DNA from: Clostridia bacterium
GTDB lineage: Bacteria; Bacillota; Clostridia; Christensenellales; UBA1242
Reading direction: 5' to 3'
DNA: 64,000 nucleotides
NCBI GenBank assembly: GCA_045650505.1
Contig: JAZRRE010000031.1
Coordinates: 95,885 to 159,884, forward strand
Numbering within the stretch: position 1 is the stretch's first letter; every line of letters starts with the position of its first letter. This document shows, in pieces, positions 1-8,730 of the stretch. Under the pieces are notes generated by a model. The model saw only the letters and a program-made list of their open reading frames with translations. It had not been told where the DNA came from and did not search any database. Both the position numbers and the translations under genes were made by a program.

Positions 1-69
1 AAAAAACCAGCAGCTGGAAGTGGTCCAAATGGTGGGGAAGGTCCTGCAGGAAGCGGATTTGGAGAATAA
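1..69 (+). CDS. 3' end of an upstream gene (partial; C-terminus ...KPAAGSGPNGGEGPAGSGFGE*)
   Basis: Frame 1 is open from base 1 to TAA at 67-69. The RBS of the next gene follows directly. Identity unknown. Confidence 0.4.
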   Translation, partial: KKPAAGSGPNGGEGPAGSGFGE

Positions 70-84
70 TGAAAAGGAGTTTTT

Positions 85-444
85 ATGAGCGAAAATATTG
101 TTAGTGGAAAAGACTTTTTAGATAAAATTGTGACTGTTAAAATGGATAGACCATTAGGCACAGCTCACCCAAAACACGGATTCATTTATGAAGTGAATTA
201 TGGCTATATTGAAAACACTGTTTCAGGTGATGGAGAAGAACTTGATGCTTATGTGGTTGGTGAACACAAACCACTTGAAACTTTCGAAGGTAGAGTTGTT
301 GCTGTGATTCACAGAACCAATGACAACGATGACAAACTTGTTGTTATGGAAGATGGCAGAAATTACACAGATGACCAACTTGAAGCACTTTTAGAGTTTC
401 AAGAAAGATTCTTTAAGCATATCATTTTAAGACCAAATAAATAA
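85..444 (+). CDS. small inorganic-pyrophosphatase-like protein (119 aa)
   Basis: RBS AAAGGAG upstream. The motif DRPLGTAHP..NYGYI..DGEELDAYVVG resembles short PPase-like proteins. The family call is from memory, not from a search. Confidence 0.5.
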   Translation: MSENIVSGKDFLDKIVTVKMDRPLGTAHPKHGFIYEVNYGYIENTVSGDGEELDAYVVGEHKPLETFEGRVVAVIHRTNDNDDKLVVMEDGRNYTDDQLEALLEFQERFFKHIILRPNK

Positions 445-452
445 ATTTAAAC

Positions 453-482
453 AAAAAAAACGACCAAATTTGGTCGTTTTTT
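453..482. terminator. bidirectional intrinsic terminator
   Basis: A-run, stem CGACCA/TGGTCG with loop AATT, then a T-run. It sits between convergent genes. Confidence 0.8.
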
Positions 483-491
483 GTTTGCTAA

Positions 492-1139
492 TTATTCATT
501 TGAATTAAGTTTTTGGTTTGTTTCATCTTCATCAGGTTCTTCATTGTCAAGTCTTCGAAGTTCTCTAAATTTAAGTTTTGCTGCAAAAAGACTTTTTCTT
601 GGTTTTTCACGAATGTCTAAAAAGTTTTGCTTGATTGCTGAAAAGTTTCTGCGAATGATAATTTTTGCAACTTCAAACAAAATGTTGATTACCGTGAAAG
701 TGAATGAAACAACTGCCCACATCACTGCTGAAAAATCAGTTGTTCCGGTGATGATAAGTGCGTTAACAGCAGTTGCAATTGAAAGCACAAAGTTGAGTGT
801 TTGAATGAAATATTTTAAAAAGTTGGTTGCACTTTTATAGTTTTTTAGTTGTCTGTTCATTCTTTTTCGATTGCCAAGATTAATCAAAATCAAAAGCAAG
901 AAAGCCACACCATAAATCACAAGAATCCACTTAATGAGTGTGGATAAAAATGTGCTTATCGAAAGGTTGTATATAACAAAGAATGTGTATGCTGAATAAA
1001 TGGTGATTGAAATTAAGTTCCAAAAGAAAAAGAACACTTGAATTTTTGACCATTTCTCTTTTTTTTCAGGAAGTGGCTGTGGCGTGCTTGCGATATTAGA
1101 TTCTTTCTCTATTGGTTTTCTTTTAAATAATTTGAACAT
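492..1139 (-). CDS. multi-pass membrane protein, unknown function (215 aa)
   Basis: Long ORF with several hydrophobic helices (e.g. IQVFFFFWNLISITIYSAYTFFVIY, ILVIYGVAFLLLILI). No family recognised. Confidence 0.7.
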   Translation of the reverse strand: MFKLFKRKPIEKESNIASTPQPLPEKKEKWSKIQVFFFFWNLISITIYSAYTFFVIYNLSISTFLSTLIKWILVIYGVAFLLLILINLGNRKRMNRQLKNYKSATNFLKYFIQTLNFVLSIATAVNALIITGTTDFSAVMWAVVSFTFTVINILFEVAKIIIRRNFSAIKQNFLDIREKPRKSLFAAKLKFRELRRLDNEEPDEDETNQKLNSNE

Positions 1140-1235
1140 AATTAAATTATATTAATTATTTAACTTAAAATCAATTAAAAACATATTGAAAAAAATTAAT
1201 AAATTATATTATAATAGGGATACAAAAGGGGTTTT

Positions 1236-2993
1236 ATGGAAAAATTAGAGCTTAAAGCAAAGAAAATTGACACTCATAATATGAGAAAAATGTTTCCTAT
1301 TTACAAAAAACATAAGGGAATGTTTGCAGTAACAATGATGTTTATGATAATGTCAGGTATCCTTGGCATTTTGCAACCAATTTTTTCTGCAAATGCGCTT
1401 GCAAGTCTTGCAACTGCACAGTTTGAAGAAGCAATTAGATTCACTCTCATAATGTGTGGAATCAGCCTTATCAAAATTGTGATAAATTGTGTTGAAGAAT
1501 ATTGTTATGTGAAACTTGTTTTGAAAATGCAATACACCTTAACCGAAATGGTGATAAATGCAATCAACTCAACAAAAATGAAAATTTTAGACAGTACACA
1601 GCTTGGTGCTCTTGCCGAAAGATTATCAGGTGATGTGAACTCGGTTGCTGATGTGTTTATTGATATGCTTGATTTAATTTTTGGCATAATCACAAACCTT
1701 GTGTTCCTTTTATATATTGCATATTTAAATGTTTATATGTTTTTGATTCTTCTTGGCTATGTTTTGGTGCTTTATATTGTTTGCACCATAAGGTCAAGAA
1801 TTTGGATTCGTGGAAGAAAAATCACAAAGAAAGCCAAAGATATTGCTCGTTCTGCTTATTTTGAGCAAATTAATGGCATTCGTGATGTTAAACTTTTAAA
1901 CATAAAAGAAAATGTTACAAAATTTTCAAATGAGAAGCACAAAGAAGCACTTAAAATTGAAAACAGCATAAGCATCAAGAGAAATATCATTCGAAGAGTT
2001 CAAACAGCTATTTCAACCATTTTTGAACTTACGTTCTTGATTATTGGCATATCGTTTGTTAAAAATGAAATGATTTTACTTGCAGGGCTCTTGGTGGTGT
2101 ATAACTATTATGGTAGAGTCGAAAACCTTGTATCGTTTATGTCAAGGTTTAAAGAGTTCAAAGCAGAGGGCGAAATTTCGGCAACACGAATTTTTGAAAT
2201 TTTGGAAGATTATGAAAAAGAAGAGTTTGGAACAGAAGAACTTGAAAACTTTTCAGGCAGAATCGAACTTAAAAATGTCAAATTTGGTTACACCGAAGAA
2301 GATGAAGTTCTTTCTGGAATTGATATGGTTTTCGAAGAAAATAAAATCACAGCCATTGTTGGAAAGAGTGGCAGTGGAAAAACAACCATTTTGAGTTTGC
2401 TTTCAAAACTTTATGACGCAAAGTCGGGTGAAATTTTGCTTGATGACAAAAACATAAACACGCTCACTGAAAAATCTATTCATTCAAACATTGGTGAAAT
2501 TTCACAGTCGCCTTATATTTTCAACGCAAGCATAAAGCAAAACCTTTTGTTTGTGAAACCCGATGCGACTGATGAAGAACTTGTGAAAGTTTTGAAAGAT
2601 GCAGAAATTTATAAAGATATAAAAAATATGCCGAACGGAATCGACACAGAAATTGGTGAAAATGGCGTTAAACTTTCGGGTGGTCAAAAGCAAAGAGTTG
2701 CAATTGCAAGACTGCTTTTAATGAATAGCAAAGTGATTGTGTTTGATGAAGCCACCAGTGCGCTTGACAATAACAGCCAAAACAAAATTGTTGAAATGCT
2801 TGAAAAATATAAAGAAATAAAAACAATAATCATTGTTGCACACAGGCTATCAACCATTGTTAATGCTGACAAAATTTATATGCTTGATAATGGAAAAATT
2901 ATTGCTAGTGGCACACATAAAGAACTTATGCGACATTCAAAAGAATACCACGACCTTTATAAAATGGAAGAAAAAAGTGCAAAAGTTGAATAA
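1236..2993 (+). CDS. ABC transporter, fused permease/ATP-binding (MsbA/multidrug-exporter type)
   Basis: N-terminal transmembrane domain, Walker A GKSGSGKTT, signature LSGGQKQR, Walker B VIVFDEATSALD. RBS AAAAGGGG. Confidence 0.9.
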   Translation: MEKLELKAKKIDTHNMRKMFPIYKKHKGMFAVTMMFMIMSGILGILQPIFSANALASLATAQFEEAIRFTLIMCGISLIKIVINCVEEYCYVKLVLKMQYTLTEMVINAINSTKMKILDSTQLGALAERLSGDVNSVADVFIDMLDLIFGIITNLVFLLYIAYLNVYMFLILLGYVLVLYIVCTIRSRIWIRGRKITKKAKDIARSAYFEQINGIRDVKLLNIKENVTKFSNEKHKEALKIENSISIKRNIIRRVQTAISTIFELTFLIIGISFVKNEMILLAGLLVVYNYYGRVENLVSFMSRFKEFKAEGEISATRIFEILEDYEKEEFGTEELENFSGRIELKNVKFGYTEEDEVLSGIDMVFEENKITAIVGKSGSGKTTILSLLSKLYDAKSGEILLDDKNINTLTEKSIHSNIGEISQSPYIFNASIKQNLLFVKPDATDEELVKVLKDAEIYKDIKNMPNGIDTEIGENGVKLSGGQKQRVAIARLLLMNSKVIVFDEATSALDNNSQNKIVEMLEKYKEIKTIIIVAHRLSTIVNADKIYMLDNGKIIASGTHKELMRHSKEYHDLYKMEEKSAKVE

Positions 2994-2994
2994 A

Positions 2995-3025
2995 AAAAAG
3001 ACTCATTTATGAGTCTTTTTTATTT
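2995..3025. terminator. bidirectional terminator hairpin, copy 1 of a 31-bp perfect direct repeat
   Basis: AAAAAGACTCATTTATGAGTCTTTTTTATTT, with stem AGACTCA/TGAGTCT. Identical to 3532-3562. Confidence 0.85.
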
Positions 3026-3246
3026 ATAAATTCAAGTACAAATTTGATTAAATCTTCATTATTTTCGTGTTCTATTTGTTTTGATAAAAACAAATATTCT
3101 TCAAAACTTTTTCGTTGTTCAAGCGTAAAACTTTCAAAAAGTTTACTTTCAATATTCATTTTATTTAATTCATTGGAAGATAAGTCGTAATTCTTTTCTC
3201 TAGGTTTAAGGTATTTTTCATATATATCTTTAATTAAAGTATTCAT
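3007..3246 (-). CDS. small hypothetical protein (79 aa from the second ATG; ORF track starts at 3255)
   Basis: The ATG at 3255 lies inside the -10 hexamer of a perfect TTGACA-17-TATAAT promoter. The ATG at 3246 lies 7 nt after that -10, so the mRNA would be leaderless. The last 6 codons and the stop are encoded by repeat copy 1. Confidence 0.55.
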   Translation of the reverse strand: MNTLIKDIYEKYLKPREKNYDLSSNELNKMNIESKLFESFTLEQRKSFEEYLFLSKQIEHENNEDLIKFVLEFINKKDS

Positions 3247-3253
3247 ATTTAAC

Positions 3254-3282
3254 ATTATATAAGTAGATTTCTACTATGTCAA
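3254..3282 (-). promoter_or_regulatory. consensus sigma-70-type promoter for the small minus-strand gene
   Basis: On the minus strand: TTGACA (3282-3277), a 17-nt spacer, then TATAAT (3259-3254). Confidence 0.7.
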
Positions 3283-3306
3283 ATAATTTAAGTATTTTTC
3301 TACTAT
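3261..3306. promoter_or_regulatory. two 17-nt direct repeats (15/17 identical), probable operator sites of the XRE regulator
   Basis: AAGTAGATTTCTACTAT (3261-3277, containing the palindrome GTAGA-tt-TCTAC) and AAGTATTTTTCTACTAT (3290-3306). Repeat 1 fills the spacer of the minus-strand promoter. Repeat 2 overlaps the candidate -10 of the plus-strand gene. Confidence 0.5.
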
Positions 3307-3315
3307 TATAATAGT

Positions 3316-3525
3316 ATGGAAAATAAATTTGCTGAAAGGCTATTTGAATTAAGACAAGAAAGACATTTATCACAAGAATCTGTTGCAAAAGCGATTGGCG
3401 TATCTCAAAAGTCTATTGATTTTTGGGAAAAGGGTGTTAATGAACCAAAGTTAAGTTACATCGTTAAACTTGCAATATTTTTTAATGTATCTTGTGATTT
3501 TTTAACAGGTTTAAAAGATGAATAA
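3316..3525 (+). CDS. XRE-family helix-turn-helix transcriptional regulator (69 aa)
   Basis: LSQESVAKAIGVSQKSIDFWEKGVNEPKLSYIVKLAIFF is a classic HTH_3/XRE signature. There is no SD. TATTAT lies 6 nt upstream of the ATG, which suggests a leaderless mRNA. Confidence 0.85.
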   Translation: MENKFAERLFELRQERHLSQESVAKAIGVSQKSIDFWEKGVNEPKLSYIVKLAIFFNVSCDFLTGLKDE

Positions 3526-3531
3526 AAAAAC

Positions 3532-3562
3532 AAAAAGACTCATTTATGAGTCTTTTTTATTT
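3532..3562. terminator. bidirectional terminator hairpin, copy 2 of the 31-bp direct repeat
   Basis: Base-for-base identical to 2995-3025. Confidence 0.85.
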
Positions 3563-3564
3563 GT

Positions 3565-4044
3565 TTAATTGTTCGAATTTATTAGTTCAGTGTGCTTTTC
3601 ATCGATATATTTAAGGAATGCTTCAAGTTCGGTTTTGTTTTCAGGGTTGTTGATTTTATAGTGTCTTGAAACAAGTGTCTTTAAAAGCTCATAGTTTTCA
3701 TATCTTGAAATGGCAAGGTTTTTGAGCGCAAGTTTGTCGGCAGATAAAAGTGCTGAAAAACTTTCAATCAAGTCTTCAAGTGGTCTGCCGTTTGCGGAAA
3801 GCATATTGTTGCTCATATCTTGAATCAAAAATTCTAAAAACATTTTGAGTTCTGCAACAGGTTGTTCGGTTTCTGCGTATTGTTCTTTAATGAACTTTGA
3901 TTCGAAATCGTTAACCGCATAAATGCCATCACGAAGAAGTTTCTTTTCAAGTTTTTCATCAAAGTTAACTTCATCGACATAAAGCATAAAATAACCAGCG
4001 TTGTCATAAGTGTTTTTAATTTCAATAAGTTCTTCTTTATTCAT
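3565..4044 (-). CDS. hypothetical protein (159 aa)
   Basis: RBS AAAGGAAAG. The gene starts 18 nt after the mnmG stop, so it is probably co-transcribed. No family recognised. Confidence 0.7.
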   Translation of the reverse strand: MNKEELIEIKNTYDNAGYFMLYVDEVNFDEKLEKKLLRDGIYAVNDFESKFIKEQYAETEQPVAELKMFLEFLIQDMSNNMLSANGRPLEDLIESFSALLSADKLALKNLAISRYENYELLKTLVSRHYKINNPENKTELEAFLKYIDEKHTELINSNN

Positions 4045-4062
4045 AAAACTTTCCTTTAAAAT

Positions 4063-5979
4063 TTATTTTAAATACATAAGAAGCACGGTGATGTCTGCAG
4101 GGCTAACGCCTGAAATTCGGCTTGCCATTCCAACAGAAAGTGGCTTGATTTTGTTAAGCTTTTCACGAGCCTCAAGGCGAAGTCCATCAAGTTTTAAATA
4201 ATCAAAATCGGCAGGAATCTTCTTTTCTTCAAGTTTCTTTGCTTGAAGGGCTTGCTCTTGTTGACGAGCAAGATAGCCTGAATATTTGGTGTCTATTTCA
4301 ACAGCGGTAACAACTTCTCTTGAGTATCCCTTGAAAAGTTTAAGAGCCTTGTTAAGTGCTTCAAGGGTAACTGCTGGGCGTTTGATTAAACTTTCAACAG
4401 TTGCACCGTGTTCTGGGAATTTTTCGCCAACACTTTCTAAAAATGCTTTGAGTTCTTTGGTTGGTTTAAGGTTTTGTTTAATTTCGGTTTTAAGTTTTTC
4501 AATATTTCTCATTTTGCGTTTAAACTTGTTATAACGCTTGTCATCAACAAGACCAACTTTTCTTCCAATTTCAGTGAGTCTTTGGTCTGCGTTGTCTTGG
4601 CGAAGAATAAGTCTAAACTCTGCGCGGCTGGTCATCATTCTATATGGTTCGTTTGTGCCTTTTGTGGTAAGGTCATCAATCAAAACGCCGATGTATGCTT
4701 CATCACGTTTTAAAACAATTTGCTCTTTGCCTTGAAGGTAAAGTGAAGCGTTGATTCCGGCAACAATGCCTTGACCTGCGGCTTCTTCATAACCAGAAGT
4801 TCCGTTAATTTGTCCCGCACAGAAAATGCCTTTAACTTTTTTAAACTCAAGTGTTGCATATAAATTAAGTGGGTCAATGCAGTCATATTCAATGGCGTAG
4901 GCATATTTCAAAATTTTGGTTTTTTCCATACCTTCAATAGACTCAACCATTTTGTGTTGAATGTCCATTGGCATACTTGTGCTCATACCTTGAATATAAA
5001 TTGTGTTGTCATCAAGGGTTTCTGGTTCAAGGAAAATTTGGTGTCTGTCTTTATCTGAAAAACGAACAAACTTTGATTCAATTGAAGGGCAATATCTTGG
5101 ACCTTCTCCGGTAATCACACCTGAATACATTGGCGCTTTGTCAAGGTTGTTCATAATGATATCTTTGGTTGCTGGGGAAGTGTATCCAAGCCAGCAAGAA
5201 CGAATATTTTTGTTAGCTTTTTTTGTAAGGAACGAAAAAGTTTGAATGTTTGTGTCGCCTTGTTGTTCGGTGAATTTTGAATAATCAATGGTGTCACCAT
5301 CAACACGAGGAGGGGTTCCCGTTTTGAAACGAAGCACATCAAAACCAATATCGATAAGTGATTTTGTTAAACCTTTTGCATAAGGGAAACCTGATGGACC
5401 TGAATCTTTAATAATTTCACCGGTGATTGTTCTAGCGTTCAAATAAACGCCGGTTGTGAGAACCACTGCTTTGGTGTAAAAAGTTTTTCCATCAGCAGTT
5501 TTAACAGCTTTAAGCTCACCATTTTCAACAACAACTTCGGTGCATTCTCCATCATAAATATAAAGGTTTTCTTGGTTCTCAAGAGTTTTTTGCATTGAGC
5601 GGTGATAGCCGGTTTTGTCAATTTGTGCACGAAGACTTTGAACAGCAGGGCCTTTTCCCATATTGAGCATACGAAGTTGAATGGTGTTTTTATCAGCTTC
5701 AATACCCATTTGACCACCGAGTGCATCGACTTCACAAACAATGTGTCCTTTTGCTGTTCCACCAATGCTTGGGTTGCAAGGAAGGAACGCAATGTTGTCA
5801 CGAACAAGGTTAATGATGAGTGTTTTTTGACCGGTTCTTGCAAGGGCTAAACAAGCCTCACAACCTGCGTGACCAGCACCAACAACAACAGCATCAAAAG
5901 ACTCACCATCAGTGATGGTGTATTCTTTGTTTTCTATATTCTTTTCATAGTCGGTGATGTCGTAATTTTGACTATTCAT
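4063..5979 (-). CDS. mnmG: tRNA uridine 5-carboxymethylaminomethyl modification enzyme MnmG (GidA)
   Basis: FAD motif VVVGAGHAGCEA and length typical of GidA. Start trimmed to the ATG at 5979, which is preceded by AGGAG. The longer ORF would overlap the upstream gene. Confidence 0.95.
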   Translation of the reverse strand: MNSQNYDITDYEKNIENKEYTITDGESFDAVVVGAGHAGCEACLALARTGQKTLIINLVRDNIAFLPCNPSIGGTAKGHIVCEVDALGGQMGIEADKNTIQLRMLNMGKGPAVQSLRAQIDKTGYHRSMQKTLENQENLYIYDGECTEVVVENGELKAVKTADGKTFYTKAVVLTTGVYLNARTITGEIIKDSGPSGFPYAKGLTKSLIDIGFDVLRFKTGTPPRVDGDTIDYSKFTEQQGDTNIQTFSFLTKKANKNIRSCWLGYTSPATKDIIMNNLDKAPMYSGVITGEGPRYCPSIESKFVRFSDKDRHQIFLEPETLDDNTIYIQGMSTSMPMDIQHKMVESIEGMEKTKILKYAYAIEYDCIDPLNLYATLEFKKVKGIFCAGQINGTSGYEEAAGQGIVAGINASLYLQGKEQIVLKRDEAYIGVLIDDLTTKGTNEPYRMMTSRAEFRLILRQDNADQRLTEIGRKVGLVDDKRYNKFKRKMRNIEKLKTEIKQNLKPTKELKAFLESVGEKFPEHGATVESLIKRPAVTLEALNKALKLFKGYSREVVTAVEIDTKYSGYLARQQEQALQAKKLEEKKIPADFDYLKLDGLRLEAREKLNKIKPLSVGMASRISGVSPADITVLLMYLK

Positions 5980-5987
5980 AAGTTCTC

Positions 5988-6548
5988 CTAAATTTTTTCT
6001 TTTTTTGAAGCAATCACGCTTTGAAGTGATTTGTTCAATGTTTTTGCACAAAGATAATCTTCGCTGTTTGTTTGTTCAAGTTCAAAACCGAAGTTTGAAA
6101 ACAAGTGTTTGCTTGCTTCGTTGTCTTTGTGAATATAACAGAAAATGCTTTTTGGTTTAATGCCTGCGTGCTTTTTGAAGTTTCCAAAAAGTTCAGTTAG
6201 CATTTCGTTTCCATAACCCAAGTGTTGATAGTTTGGGTTTAAAACAATGTATTGAAAAAACATTTCTGGGTGAGGGGTGTCGATGTCAAACACATCGAAA
6301 ATAATAAACCCCAAAATTTCGTTTTTGTCAGTTTTTGCAACCAGCATTTTTTTGATTTCACTTTTGCCGATTGAAAAATGTTCATAATTGGTGGCAATAA
6401 GCTCTCCAAGACCAAAAATAAGGTCGTCTTCTAAAATGAAATGTCTGATTGATTCATACTCTGGCTTTCCGCGATAAAGGGTGTCCCAACTTTCAATTTG
6501 AGGCTTGTCAGCTTCAAGATTTATTGGTTCAAGTTTAAAAGTTTTCAT
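5988..6548 (-). CDS. GNAT-family N-acetyltransferase (186 aa)
   Basis: Acetyl-CoA-binding-like segment YIVLNPNYQHLGYGNEMLTELF. Located between mnmE and mnmG. Confidence 0.75.
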   Translation of the reverse strand: MKTFKLEPINLEADKPQIESWDTLYRGKPEYESIRHFILEDDLIFGLGELIATNYEHFSIGKSEIKKMLVAKTDKNEILGFIIFDVFDIDTPHPEMFFQYIVLNPNYQHLGYGNEMLTELFGNFKKHAGIKPKSIFCYIHKDNEASKHLFSNFGFELEQTNSEDYLCAKTLNKSLQSVIASKKEKI

Positions 6549-6565
6549 AAGCGATTCCTTTAGTT

Positions 6566-7921
6566 TTATTTTCCTAAACAGAATTTTTTGAAAATAGCGT
6601 CGATAATTTCTTCACTTGTGGTATTTCCTGTGATTTCGCCGATTGCATTATAAGCCTCTTTGATATCAATCGAAACAAGGTCAAGAGTGTCAGCAGAAAT
6701 ATTTTCTGCTGCTTGGTCAAGTGCTTGTTTTGCACGGGTGAGGGCATCTTTGTGGCGTTCATTTGTGATAACCACACTGTCAGCAGGAATGCTTGAAATT
6801 TGTGTGAGTTCCAAAATTTTAGCTTTAAGTTCGTTAACACCAGAGCCTGTTGCTGTGCTGATTAAAATTTCATTTTCAAAAACCTTGTCATTTTTTGTTT
6901 CAAGGTCGCTCTTTGTTTTCAAAACGATATATTTTGAGTTTTGAATGCTGTCAAAAATTTCAGCATCTTCTTTTGAAAATTCTCTTGATGAGTCAACAAG
7001 AAAAAGCACAATGTCTGCTTGCTTGATTAAATTTTTTGCTTTGTCAACGCCAATTTTTTCAACCTTGTCAGCGGTGTCGTGAATGCCAGCGGTGTCAATA
7101 AGATTAACCTTTACATCATCAAGCAAGAAACTGTCTTCAATGGTGTCACGAGTTGTTCCTGCAACATCGGTAACGATTGCTCTTTCTTTTTGAAGAAGGA
7201 AATTGAGAAGACTAGATTTTCCAACATTAGGTTTTCCAACAATCAAAACATTGATTCCGGATTTGATTAAACTTCCGGCTTTGGCAGTTTTCAAAACTTC
7301 GCCAATTTTTGAAGATAGGGCAGTGAGCCTTTCTTTAACATTTGCTTTTGTGATATATTCAATGGTTTCTTCAGGGTAATCAAAAGAAACTTCAATTTCG
7401 CTTAAGATATCAGTGAGTTCATTAGCAGCATCAAATGCGAGTTTGCTTAAGTTTCCTGAAAGAAGTTTAAATCCTGCACGAACTTCTGCGTCACTTTCAG
7501 CATTAATCATATCAATCATACCTTCGGCAGAAGAAAGTGTCATTTTTCCATTCAAGAATGCACGCTTTGTAAACTCTCCATTAGTTGCAAGTCGTGCACC
7601 AAGTTTTAAGCATTCCTTGGTGATTCCGTTTGCGATTTGTGTTCCACCGTGACATTGAAATTCAACAAGGTCTTCACCGGTGTAAGTGAATGGTGCTTTG
7701 AACACAACGCACATAGCCTGCTCATCAAAAGCACTTGTTTTCACTGTTCCAAGAGTAAGCATTCTTGGGGTGAGCATAGATGCTGTTTTATTTTTTGCAG
7801 TAGAAAAGAGCTGGTCAGCAATTTTGATTGCATTTTCACCAGAAAGTCTAACTATAGAAATCGCACCAGAGCTTGCTCCGGTTGAGATTGCAACGATTGT
7901 TTCTTGATTTAAATTTGCCAT
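6566..7921 (-). CDS. mnmE: tRNA modification GTPase MnmE (TrmE)
   Basis: G1 motif GKPNVGKSS, DTAG, C-terminal ...FCLGK. The only ATG near the start is at 7921; the ORF track begins at a TTG at 7930. Confidence 0.95.
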   Translation of the reverse strand: MANLNQETIVAISTGASSGAISIVRLSGENAIKIADQLFSTAKNKTASMLTPRMLTLGTVKTSAFDEQAMCVVFKAPFTYTGEDLVEFQCHGGTQIANGITKECLKLGARLATNGEFTKRAFLNGKMTLSSAEGMIDMINAESDAEVRAGFKLLSGNLSKLAFDAANELTDILSEIEVSFDYPEETIEYITKANVKERLTALSSKIGEVLKTAKAGSLIKSGINVLIVGKPNVGKSSLLNFLLQKERAIVTDVAGTTRDTIEDSFLLDDVKVNLIDTAGIHDTADKVEKIGVDKAKNLIKQADIVLFLVDSSREFSKEDAEIFDSIQNSKYIVLKTKSDLETKNDKVFENEILISTATGSGVNELKAKILELTQISSIPADSVVITNERHKDALTRAKQALDQAAENISADTLDLVSIDIKEAYNAIGEITGNTTSEEIIDAIFKKFCLGK

Positions 7922-7930
7922 AACAAACAA

Positions 7931-7958
7931 ATTATAACACTTTTTAAAGATTTTTCAA
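7931..7958 (-). promoter_or_regulatory. mnmE promoter (TTGAAA-16-TGtTATAAT) only 9 nt upstream of the ATG
   Basis: The minus strand reads TTGAAAaaatctttaaaaagtgtTATAATttgtttgttATG. There is no SD, so the leader is very short or absent. Confidence 0.6.
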
Positions 7959-8093
7959 TAATATTTTGTTATTTTTTAATAATTTAAATAATTTTTATTT
8001 TTAAGGCAAAGTTTAGAAAATTATATAAATCAAAGATTTGTTTAAATGATTTTAGTTGTGATATAATGAAAAAGTAAAGGAAATGGTGGCAAA

Positions 8094-8693
8094 ATGTTAG
8101 ATTTAGAAGAGATTAGAAAAGAAGATATGGCAAATGGAAGATTCGATATTTATACCGATGATATCGACTTCACTGATGAACAATACACCGAACTTCGATT
8201 GAAAGATAAAGTTAGAGTTTCAAGTATAAATCCTGTTGATATTGAAAATTCAGCAATTTTTGAACATATTAAAAAAGTAACAGATTACATAAAGCGTGTG
8301 GCAGATGCTGTTCTTCCAAACGGATATAGGGTGATTGATAACAAAATTATGTCTTATGTTAAAGTGATTTTAAATGAGGTTCATAAAAACCCTTATGCCC
8401 TAGAAAATGTGAGTGAAGAACTTTTCAAAGAAAATTATTTGCTTGAGGCAATTTTGTTTCGTGATGTTATTACAAGAGCAAATGCTTATAAACTTCAATA
8501 TGGTGATGATGCTGATGATGATGTGCTTGGTGCTCTTTATGCTGAATTTACAATAAGAGAAGAAATTGTTAAGCGCAAAAAATATCGTCAAAGAAATTTT
8601 AGCAAAAACATTGTTGTTAAAAGAACAGATGAAGTTCTTAACCATGATGATAGATATGATGTTTCAAAAATTCATCTTGATGATGAATATTAA
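8094..8693 (+). CDS. hypothetical acidic protein (199 aa)
   Basis: Long ORF with RBS AAGGAA/GGTGG upstream. No family recognised. Confidence 0.7.
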   Translation: MLDLEEIRKEDMANGRFDIYTDDIDFTDEQYTELRLKDKVRVSSINPVDIENSAIFEHIKKVTDYIKRVADAVLPNGYRVIDNKIMSYVKVILNEVHKNPYALENVSEELFKENYLLEAILFRDVITRANAYKLQYGDDADDDVLGALYAEFTIREEIVKRKKYRQRNFSKNIVVKRTDEVLNHDDRYDVSKIHLDDEY

Positions 8694-8730
8694 ACAAAAA
8701 AACACTTGGAAATTTCCAAGTGTTTTTATT
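8694..8730. terminator. bidirectional terminator shared by convergent genes
   Basis: Perfect 22-nt palindrome ACACTTGGAAATTTCCAAGTGT flanked by an A-run and a T-run. The whole intergenic gap is 35 nt. Confidence 0.85.

Noticed and set aside
939-947. A perfect DnaA-box complement TGTGGATAA
   Set aside because: It is a single isolated copy inside the coding sequence of a membrane protein, 14 kb from dnaA, with no neighbouring boxes. One 9-mer match in 64 kb of AT-rich DNA is not evidence for an origin.
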